A DNA stretch of 42,792 bases from the IMG/VR virus record IMGVR_UViG_3300030372_001680, positions 1-42,792 of that record. The stretch is one strand, 5' to 3'. The DNA comes from a virus (taxonomy: Duplodnaviria; Caudoviricetes). This document shows, one piece after another, positions 1 through 6,910 of the stretch (its first letter is position 1; the number at the start of each line of letters is the position of its first letter). Position numbers and translations under genes: made by a program. The notes under the pieces are model-generated. The model saw nothing but the letters and a program-made list of their open reading frames with translations. It searched no databases and was not told the origin of the DNA.

Positions 1-100
1 GTACTAATAACAGCATCGCTATATCCACGAGGCGATTCTGAGGGCAGGTAAAGCGGGGCTAAGGTTTCGTTAACTTCGTTAAAGTTCGAGATCCATTTTT
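1..100. repeat. Terminal direct repeat with 42693-42792 (99/100 identical); circular-assembly overlap
   Basis: GTACTAATAACAGCATCG...GAGATCCATTT is present at both window ends, and the RNAP reading frame runs through the join. Confidence 0.95.
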
Positions 101-701
101 GGGTAGCTTCTGTGGGTTTTAAAGTTAGGACACGCTTATTGCCGCCGCTGATGATAGTATAAACTTCTATGAGCCCTGTTTCTTGGATGAACAGGTGAAC
201 CATTGTTGACCCAATCTTGATGCGCTCGTTTGTAGTCCACCCTTTCCAGTTTATCCCGTATCTTTCAGCCAGCGATCTAGACGAGTACTTTCTGTATTTG
301 AACCCAACACGCTTGTTTAAAGAGAGCTTTAGGTATTTCCAATCGTCTGGTCTAGTTTCCTTGAAAAGCCTGAGCCTACTTTCCTCTTCTAGAAACGAAG
401 CTATTTTTATGGCTGTAGCTGTAAGCGGTTGTTCGATACTGACGCTATCGAGTATGACTCGGCACGTTATGTCGGTGACAACCTTTGAGGGGATGTTATG
501 AAGAAGGAGGACTAACCCTTTGTTGTAACCTGCTTTATCTTCGGTTAGCCATTTGTGTATCTTTTTGTCTAACGCAGGGATACAAGCTTTAGCTAACTTT
601 CGTCCATATTTAGTAGAGGCTTCGCACTGTTTTTCTTTAAGCTTTTGATTTACTGAGCGGTATCTTTTCCGCCCCATGTCGTTCATTTCCTGTTCCTTCA
701 T
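1..701 (-). CDS. T7-like single-subunit RNA polymerase, N-terminal part (continues across the join into 42692-41183)
   Basis: Manual translation from ATG 701 (MKEQEMNDMGRKRY...WTTNERIKIGSTMVHLFIQETGLIE...APLYLPS) is open to position 1 and in frame with the 41183 ORF. Joined length is 2211 nt = 736 aa. Alternative start is ATG 686. Confidence 0.9.
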   Translation of the reverse strand, partial: MKEQEMNDMGRKRYRSVNQKLKEKQCEASTKYGRKLAKACIPALDKKIHKWLTEDKAGYNKGLVLLLHNIPSKVVTDITCRVILDSVSIEQPLTATAIKIASFLEEESRLRLFKETRPDDWKYLKLSLNKRVGFKYRKYSSRSLAERYGINWKGWTTNERIKIGSTMVHLFIQETGLIEVYTIISGGNKRVLTLKPTEATQKWISNFNEVNETLAPLYLPSESPRGYSDAVIS

Positions 702-948
702 TCGGATCTAATCCCCAACCGTCCCATTCCTGTTCTGTTCCTTCCATCGGCTCAAAGGAGCCACGGCTATTTATTGTTCCAAAGTCTAGGATACCAGAGC
801 AACCTTTAATGCAATCTATATCCTTGATTCGAAGAATAGCTTTACGAGTTTTGTCAACTCGAAGTCTAACCGCAGTAGCAGCTTTAGGCGGTTTTGGAAG
901 GAAAAGCTCAGGCACGGTTTCTAGAGCGGTTAACTGATTTACGCACAA
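637..948 (-). CDS. Hypothetical protein (start uncertain, possibly GTG near 915)
   Basis: ORF fills the gap between HNH and RNAP on the coding strand and overlaps both; no motif recognised. Confidence 0.4.
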   Translation of the reverse strand: MCVNQLTALETVPELFLPKPPKAATAVRLRVDKTRKAILRIKDIDCIKGCSGILDFGTINSRGSFEPMEGTEQEWDGWGLDPNEGTGNERHGAEKIPLSKSKA

Positions 949-1135
949 TAGCTAGATTAGAATGAGAATTATTACTAGGGTTATGGTCTTTATGGTGTAC
1001 GTCTTTACCGTCACCTTTTTTAACACGACCCATAGCCATCAACCTACGGCGAGCTTTGTTACGCATTGCCCTACGTTTCTTTTGCTCAGGTTTCCCTTGG
1101 TAGTTATCGTACTCTAGTCTGTAATTCCTAGCCAT
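908..1135 (-). CDS. Small HNH endonuclease-family protein
   Basis: GDGKDVHHKDHNPSNNSHSNL...VNRSRN HNH signature, basic N-terminus, AGGA RBS upstream. Confidence 0.85.
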   Translation of the reverse strand: MARNYRLEYDNYQGKPEQKKRRAMRNKARRRLMAMGRVKKGDGKDVHHKDHNPSNNSHSNLAIVRKSVNRSRNRA

Positions 1136-1216
1136 TTGATATTCCTTCTAATCTAAATATTATTTTTAGTCAAGGTTCGCATGCTCAGCGGCGTTGATGA
1201 TAGTAGTTGATAACCT

Positions 1217-1545
1217 GAGCGACGAGCGACGAGCGACCGACCGACGTAGCGAGCGCAGCGAGCGGAGGAGGGAGGGAGCGAGGAGCGAGGAGCGGGTTTG
1301 TTCCTTGGCCTGTCCGGCCTTGAGGACTTCCGATGCAACTGGAAGTTGCCTCCCGCCGAGCGAGCTTGCGAGCGAACGGGTGAGCCGAAAAGCAATCTGA
1401 GCGCAGCGAAGGTAGCTTTGACCGACTGGCAGCTCCGGTTGGGCGAGGCGAGACCGAAGGTCTGGGGAGCTGCCAGGCGGTCTGAGCAAAGCCCAGATGA
1501 GCGCAGCGAATCCGGGCTCTTGCGAGAGCGACCGTAGGGAGCGAA
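1217..1545. repeat. GC-rich, strand-biased GAGCG repeat tract; candidate origin or single-strand initiation element
   Basis: More than a dozen GAGCG copies on the + strand; GAGCGCAGCGA at 1251, 1399 and 1499; overlapping ORFs are low-complexity. Confidence 0.6.
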
Positions 1546-1572
1546 TGGTTTGAATGGTTGATTTGAAGGCAC

Positions 1573-1613
1573 AAAAAAAAACCCCGAGATTCCCTTACGG
1601 GAACCCCGAGGTT
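1573..1613 (-). terminator. Intrinsic (rho-independent) terminator ending the early operon
   Basis: Minus strand AACCTCGGGGTTCCC-GTAA-GGGAATCTCGGGGTT then a T run: 15-bp stem with G-U pairs and a GNRA loop, just after the stop of 1622-1843. Confidence 0.9.
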
Positions 1614-1621
1614 GTGTTGGT

Positions 1622-1843
1622 TTATCTTAGATTGATAAACTTATCTTCATCTGGATTTTCTTCTGTAGGATTATCTAAGTGATAGTATTTTCTATATCTG
1701 TCTAGGTGTTCTTGAGTCTTAGTATCTTCCATGAAGTACTTAATGGTACAAGTTACTAGAAACGATATAATCACTGTACATACAATCCACAATGCGAATG
1801 CCAGTATGGTTCCTATTGTTGGATGTATGTTAGATAACTTCAT
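1622..1843 (-). CDS. Small early membrane protein
   Basis: One hydrophobic segment (IGTILAFALWIVCTVIISFLVTCTI); overlaps the GATase stop; followed by the terminator. Confidence 0.7.
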   Translation of the reverse strand: MKLSNIHPTIGTILAFALWIVCTVIISFLVTCTIKYFMEDTKTQEHLDRYRKYYHLDNPTEENPDEDKFINLR

Positions 1844-2828
1844 GGTTTTCTATGCCACACCCCATACCGTAGTAATCGGTAGGCTTGGCTTTAGTGTACG
1901 AGTTAGTTCCTGTTTTGACGTAAGTACTGCCTTTTGTTGTGCTGTAGTTCTTTTTCTTTTTACCGCTTGGTTTGTAACTAATCTTCGGTTGATTTTCTTC
2001 AAAGGCCATGCTTGCTTGTGTGTACCCCAAGCTACCTCTGTTGAATGAAGGCATATCAGTGAACTTCTCCACTTTGACTTGCCCTTCTTCGTTTATCCTG
2101 CAAGCCCAGTTATCCTTTAGTTCGAACGCTGGAGTTGCTACCAGTTCTAGTGATTTTGCTAATTGAGATATGTAGTCTTTGCGTGTTGCAAATACCAAAC
2201 ATCCATTGTTTAAAGAAGGTATAGCTCCTGCGTACAGTGAAGCTCTTTCTCCTTTTGCTACAATGAACTCATTATCTGGTGTGATAGTAAGTGTAGCTGC
2301 ATAACCAGTTAGGTAGTCACTCCATGTGTGGTGTCCTGCTTCGTAGACGTAGGAGTTTAATAACCACTCTGAGTCGCAAGTTGAGTATCGTTTGTGCAGA
2401 TACTTTAGGTCGTCTTCGTTACCTTCGAAGTCAACTACACCGTTATGTACCATAGCGTACCCTTTCTTACGGAATGGGTGTGTGTTAGCTATAGTTTTAC
2501 CGTTGGTTGCAATACGTCCGTGTGCAATGAACGCACCAGTAGGAGCATCTGCGTGTCCACTGGACAGCATATCCATTTCTATTGCGTTACCTAGTTTGCC
2601 TAGGTGTTGTTTGGTGTAACCAACTGATCCAATACCTTTGAAGTCTGTAGGATTTACATACTTTTCACAGTAGTATGAGTGTTTTTTGGTTTGCCTTTGC
2701 TTTGTTGCGTAGGCGAATCCAAATCCATCCCGTTGACTAGACACTAACTTTTGAGAAGTTAATGCTAAAGTGTTGAGTTGTTTTCGGGTTAAACCCTTTA
2801 CGTTAGATAGTCCAATAATTTGACACAT
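1830..2828 (-). CDS. Class II (Ntn-fold) glutamine amidotransferase
   Basis: N-terminal nucleophile Cys2 (MCQIIG) and the motifs RDGFG, HGRIAT, NTHPF, HNG, CDSE. Confidence 0.9.
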   Translation of the reverse strand: MCQIIGLSNVKGLTRKQLNTLALTSQKLVSSQRDGFGFAYATKQRQTKKHSYYCEKYVNPTDFKGIGSVGYTKQHLGKLGNAIEMDMLSSGHADAPTGAFIAHGRIATNGKTIANTHPFRKKGYAMVHNGVVDFEGNEDDLKYLHKRYSTCDSEWLLNSYVYEAGHHTWSDYLTGYAATLTITPDNEFIVAKGERASLYAGAIPSLNNGCLVFATRKDYISQLAKSLELVATPAFELKDNWACRINEEGQVKVEKFTDMPSFNRGSLGYTQASMAFEENQPKISYKPSGKKKKNYSTTKGSTYVKTGTNSYTKAKPTDYYGMGCGIENHEVI

Positions 2829-2855
2829 GATAGTATTCTTTCTTTCTGTTAGTTG

Positions 2856-4061
2856 TTATTCGTTTTCTGCCATAGTTTCTGTCGGAGTATCTGTACTTAG
2901 CTCCAACTTGTTTAGTTCGTAGTGACGTTGCACTACCCATTGTTTTAGCTCTGGTTCAGCTTTGGATGACATGAAGTCACTCATGCTTCCCAGAGGTGTG
3001 TAATGATCCTTGATGAACAGTAGGAGTTCTGCCCACTTGATTATCTTGTGTGGGTTGAGTGATCCCGAGTGCAGTCGGCATTCTATTGCCTTGCGGCTAC
3101 TTACATGAGAAGTGAATGCGTAGTACTTCTCTGTTGATGAGTAACCTAGCGCACAGTACCTGTTGTTACGTCTGCTTGCTGGTACGATTTCTTTTAACCA
3201 CGGTAATGCACAAGCGAACCTTTTACCTCTGGTATGCATAGCCTCTGTACTGAGGTCACGCATATCTAAGTGAACGTGAAGCCCACATTCTTTGGAGAGT
3301 TCACATTTATTTTTTCTTAGGTGGTCTGTTAACTTGAATAACCTGCCCCACCTACCTTGTTGTAACATGATGCGAACCTCTTGTCCTCGGTGGAACTGAT
3401 GTTCTGCTTTAGGTGATACGGATACGTCATACCCCCAGCTAACACCATAGAGTTCTTTGGTTGTGTCTGGGAATTGGAAGTCGATGTCGCCTCGTTCGTA
3501 CACAATGCGTCCATCGTCATCTTCTCTTGATTTAGCTCTAGCAATGTACTCTAGTTCTATACCTATAGCAGTTCCGTGAGGTAGAACACTTTCCATTACT
3601 CTGTTTGGACTCATTGTGTTCCAAGACTCTTTGAATTGAGCTACTTTATCAGAATATGATAGTACGTTTTCATTATACTCCCGTCTGTACCATGTACGTT
3701 CGTCTTTGATTGTTCTCGCAATCTTACGGGCGAACTTGGCTATACGAGGTGTGACTCCATTTGATTCTAGTAGAGCTTTATCTCCATCGGTTAGGCAATC
3801 TCTCCAATTATAGTCGTAACCAGATCTGAGCTGACCCCCTGTTCTGTAAGGAGATGATAAGGAATCAATACCGTGGTTATCTTGTATTCGTTGGATTAAC
3901 CCGTAGTTTTTTAGGGCTGTGATGACCATGCCTTTGTTGGATAGGACTCTCGTACCATCGTTAAGGACATCGTATTCTAGAGGGATTCTTGAGTTGAACT
4001 CTCCTCTTTCGATTTGTTTGTGCAGAGCTAGGTTTATCTGTTGTTTTTTCTTTATGTTCAT
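2856..4061 (-). CDS. Putative amidoligase (COOH-NH2 ligase, glutamine synthetase/glutamate-cysteine ligase fold)
   Basis: Motifs GIELE, DVSV, CGLHVH, NRYC, IECRLHSGSL; adjacent to a class II GATase, as is typical of this family. Confidence 0.85.
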   Translation of the reverse strand: MNIKKKQQINLALHKQIERGEFNSRIPLEYDVLNDGTRVLSNKGMVITALKNYGLIQRIQDNHGIDSLSSPYRTGGQLRSGYDYNWRDCLTDGDKALLESNGVTPRIAKFARKIARTIKDERTWYRREYNENVLSYSDKVAQFKESWNTMSPNRVMESVLPHGTAIGIELEYIARAKSREDDDGRIVYERGDIDFQFPDTTKELYGVSWGYDVSVSPKAEHQFHRGQEVRIMLQQGRWGRLFKLTDHLRKNKCELSKECGLHVHLDMRDLSTEAMHTRGKRFACALPWLKEIVPASRRNNRYCALGYSSTEKYYAFTSHVSSRKAIECRLHSGSLNPHKIIKWAELLLFIKDHYTPLGSMSDFMSSKAEPELKQWVVQRHYELNKLELSTDTPTETMAENE

Positions 4062-4065
4062 AGTG

Positions 4066-4299
4066 CTAGTTATTTTTGATGATAGTTTCTACTGTTGGCT
4101 TGCCCTTTAGTGCATCATCGGCCACTTCAAGGGTAAGAGTTACTGCGGTGACGTAGGCTAGGAACCTACTCCGAGATATTTCTTTGATCTCTCCTTCATC
4201 AAGTCCTTTGAGTAGCTTTACAGATGTTTTGTGTGCCATCTGTACGGCTTCTCTTGCTTGGATTAGTTGAGCGTCTGTTAGGTTATCTATTATAGACAT
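4066..4299 (-). CDS. Hypothetical early protein
   Basis: 77-aa ORF tightly packed in the early operon. Confidence 0.7.
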   Translation of the reverse strand: MSIIDNLTDAQLIQAREAVQMAHKTSVKLLKGLDEGEIKEISRSRFLAYVTAVTLTLEVADDALKGKPTVETIIKNN

Positions 4300-4385
4300 A
4301 GGTATAATCTGTAGATGAATGCTGTTATTACGGTGATAGTACCTGCAAGGCAGATAACTCCAGTGATTAGTTCAGTTAGTTTCAT
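4290..4385 (-). CDS. 31-aa hydrophobic peptide (not in ORF track)
   Basis: MKLTELITGVICLAGTITVITAFIYRLYLCL*; its ATG overlaps the upstream stop (TAATG) and it fills the gap exactly. Confidence 0.6.
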   Translation of the reverse strand: MKLTELITGVICLAGTITVITAFIYRLYLCL

Positions 4386-4750
4386 TATGCGTCCTCCTTT
4401 GGAAAGAGTTCGTTCCATCGTTCAGGTGTGATTCCGGTCATTAGGAACTCACGTTCTTCTGCGGATAACTCAGCGAATGCGTGTTGAATGAGATCACCTG
4501 ATTGCCAGAGTAGATACTTATGTAGGAACTTAAGCATACCCATGTTTATGGTCATCTCGCCTTGTCCAGCTACGGTTGATCGTTGGACAACCACAGATCC
4601 GGTAGCCTTTTGTCCGTTCTCGTGAACAAGAAACTCACCATCTTTGGTTGCGAAGTGTGGTATTGGAGCTATGTGGCTCTTTCTTGAGTTGTGGAAATGT
4701 AAGTAGTTTGGGTGTCTTACATCTATTAGTGTTTGTTGTGTAGTTTTCAT
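4385..4750 (-). CDS. Hypothetical early phage protein
   Basis: Likely start ATG 4750 (AATACT-ATG). The C-terminal LIQHAFAELSAEEREFLMTGITPERW resembles a motif common in uncharacterised phage proteins. Confidence 0.75.
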   Translation of the reverse strand: MKTTQQTLIDVRHPNYLHFHNSRKSHIAPIPHFATKDGEFLVHENGQKATGSVVVQRSTVAGQGEMTINMGMLKFLHKYLLWQSGDLIQHAFAELSAEEREFLMTGITPERWNELFPKEDA

Positions 4751-4791
4751 AGTATTATATATGATAGTATTTATTGTCATTTGGTTTAAAG

Positions 4792-4831
4792 CCAAGGTAA
4801 GCCCGACATTGTGGTATCGGACTTACCTTGG
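4792..4831 (-). promoter_or_regulatory. 17-bp RNA stem-loop between early genes (RNase III-type processing site or weak terminator)
   Basis: CCAAGGTAAGTCCGATA-CCACAA-TGTCGGGCTTACCTTGG pairs fully on the minus strand using 2 G-U pairs; only a short U tail follows. Confidence 0.6.
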
Positions 4832-4843
4832 GTGAGGAGATGG

Positions 4844-5179
4844 TTAGGAACGTGTGTCGAACCAAGATTTAATATCAAGAGATTTGATGCCGCCATGTGC
4901 ATCACGAGACGCACGAGCTGTGATCCACATCACCTTGGTAGGTACATCACCGGAAGTTGGGAAACCAGACGGAGCTGATTCGTCCCAATCAATAGGAGGC
5001 AGAATAGTACCAATGAAGTCGTAGCTTTTACCGTCAGCAGCACGAGTAAGTTTACCTTCACCCATCTTGTCAGCGACAATCTTTTGTAATTGAGTCGTGA
5101 GTGTTACCTGTTGCTTGAGTTTCAGTTCGAGTTCAGCAATACGTTGTTTGTCTGTTGTTTCCTTAGTTTTATTAGGCAT
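4844..5179 (-). CDS. Hypothetical protein, first early gene
   Basis: Likely start ATG 5179 (AATACTATC-ATG, MPNKTKET); N-terminal coiled coil. Confidence 0.7.
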   Translation of the reverse strand: MPNKTKETTDKQRIAELELKLKQQVTLTTQLQKIVADKMGEGKLTRAADGKSYDFIGTILPPIDWDESAPSGFPTSGDVPTKVMWITARASRDAHGGIKSLDIKSWFDTRS

Positions 5180-5238
5180 GATAGTATTTTGATGTCCATC
5201 ATTTGATGCCAGAGACCCGATCCCTGATCTTATCAAAT

Positions 5239-5269
5239 AATATACGTCCCTATTGAATAGGTGAGTCAA
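5239..5269 (-). promoter_or_regulatory. Candidate host sigma70-type early promoter with a palindrome in the spacer
   Basis: TTGACT-19 nt-TATATT upstream of the first early gene; the spacer holds CCTATTCAATAGG. Spacing is non-optimal. Confidence 0.35.
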
Positions 5270-5980
5270 GGGCTGGCGACTCAGCCTGTGGCTTGCGGCA
5301 GAGGTTTCTCAGTCTCACTGAGACCTCAGACATATAAGCCAAGCAAGCTGCGGTTATCCTCGGTGCTTACTCCGTGGATCACCCAGTTACTTGGCTTATA
5401 TGACGGTGACGCAAACACTGAGCGTGTCGCCAGTGCATTTTACCCTTTACCACCTATTCACCATAGAACCCGCGTACTGGCGCCAGTTGTTTCTGATGCT
5501 GGAAATTCAAGATCAAGGGAAAAGCCTTGGCTTTTAGGCATAGGAAACTCGCGGAGCAACCACGGCAAAGCTGTGGTTGTCGCGGAGTTTGCTTGCCGAC
5601 CGGATCTTTAGGCATTGCTTGTGCTACCGTGTGTTTCCCCAAGAAAATAAGATAAAAAATAAACCGTGCTTTCTCTGTTTATTTTTTAAAACCAACGCGA
5701 CTAAAAGACGTTGGCTACAAAGAAGATGATAGTATGTTAACTTTTAGTCTCGTTGGTTGGTCTTTTTTCTTTGGAAACAGTAGGTAAGCAGAAGCTATGC
5801 CTGAATTTCCTGCATCAGGTCGTGTTATTTTTAGACAAATCCAAAGAGAGTTTGAGATTAGCCGACATATGGTCTCGAGGCGGGCTAGGCGATGTCGAGT
5901 AATCTCTCAACTCTCTTGGATTTGGCGTGAAGAAAATAACACGGCCCAAGTCGCTGGTTGGAGCTTGCGGCAGCACACTG

Positions 5981-6163
5981 TAATCCAATGAGCAGAATCA
6001 TTGGTGGTAATCCAACGAGCCAAAGCGTTGGTGGTTGATCAATCTAGCCAAAGAGATTGTCGTAATCCAATGAGCGAAAGCATTGGTCGTGATCAATCGG
6101 CGAAACGATTGTGGTAATCCAACGAGCCAAAGCGTTGGTCGTGGTACAGCGGCGAAACGCTGT
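5981..6163 (+). repeat. Tandem array of 7 hairpin units (~27-nt period)
   Basis: Stems start at 5985, 6012, 6040, 6067, 6094, 6119, 6146; loop core GCNRAA; linker T(G/C)GT(A/G)AT. Confidence 0.9.
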
Positions 6164-6380
6164 CTGCCCTTTTGATGGCAAGGTGAATGGCGCGTGTAAA
6201 TTAAAATGATAGTAGTTTAAGTTGCTGGTTTTCTGGCGCTAGTGGTGTACTGTTGCAATGGGAGTCATACGGTCGTACTCGCCGCGAGGAGCGGATACTG
6301 GATTTACCTAGTGGATTTCTTTGGATGTTCTCGAAGAGGTTATCCGAATAAATACACGGTGACATCGTAAGGGCAGTCGG

Positions 6381-6483
6381 AATCCAACGATCGAAAGCGT
6401 TGGTCTTGCGGAAGCATCGTGATCCAACGGCAAGACGTTGGGCCTCGCTGGCAAGCGTAGTGGTCAAGCGGCGATACGCTTGA
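6381..6483 (+). repeat. Second cluster of 3 related hairpin units
   Basis: CCAACG-ATCGAAAG-CGTTGG (6384), CCAACG-GCAAGA-CGTTGG (6424), TCAAGCG-GCGATA-CGCTTGA (6464). Confidence 0.8.
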
Positions 6484-6910
6484 GTTGATATTAATTTGCG
6501 AGATGAGTGAACCGAAGGGAACGAAGGAGCAACTGGTTACGCTGGCATCCTTTGAGTTATCCGAAGGATAACCTTGGGCCAAAGCCCAAGATGCAATCAA
6601 CAGGTAAGGACGCAACGACGTCGGTAACCACAGAAACTGCTAGTAACTGAAGATACCCCCCTCCCCCCTTGAAGTTTTCTGCGGGTAGTCCGTCCTGTTG
6701 ATTGTATTCAAAGGATGACAGCGGGGGTTGTTCCTGCTACCGGATAACGATATACCCCCTCGAATTATTTCGTGAAAAACCACAGTTTCTCCATAGAGAA
6801 ATTTCTGAAAACTCGAAAATACCCGATCACTTTTGATCGGCTACAGATTTTGCCGATCATTTTAATAGAGAAATAATCATCAATAAAAAAGAAGAATACC
6901 TCTTGACAAC

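Larger units (their letters stand above)
5254..6742 (+). ncRNA. Putative large, multi-domain structured non-coding RNA (or structured ssDNA element)
   Basis: Many nested 8-20 bp inverted repeats; the wobble pairs are G-T on the + strand; no credible ORF. Confidence 0.6.

Noticed and set aside
1153-1574. Several overlapping ORFs on both strands
   Set aside because: Arg/Ser/Ala low-complexity products of the GC-rich repeat tract; the minus-strand ones start inside or just after a terminator.
637-5269. Integrase / prophage state
   Set aside because: No tyrosine or serine recombinase motif, no host genes and no att-like junction in the window.
5981-6163. CRISPR mini-array
   Set aside because: Units are joined by conserved 7-8 nt linkers with no unique spacers, and there are no cas genes.
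5981-6483. CsrB/RsmZ-type sponge
   Set aside because: GGA is not in the loops on either strand; it falls at the stem base on the minus strand.
5261-6615. Short ORFs in the structured region
   Set aside because: No motifs, inconsistent strands and no typical start context; better explained as non-coding.
5254-6742. Group I/II intron, retron, tmRNA, RNase P or tRNA
   Set aside because: No interrupted gene, no reverse transcriptase, and no domain V, P4 or cloverleaf signature recognised by eye; needs cmscan to exclude formally.
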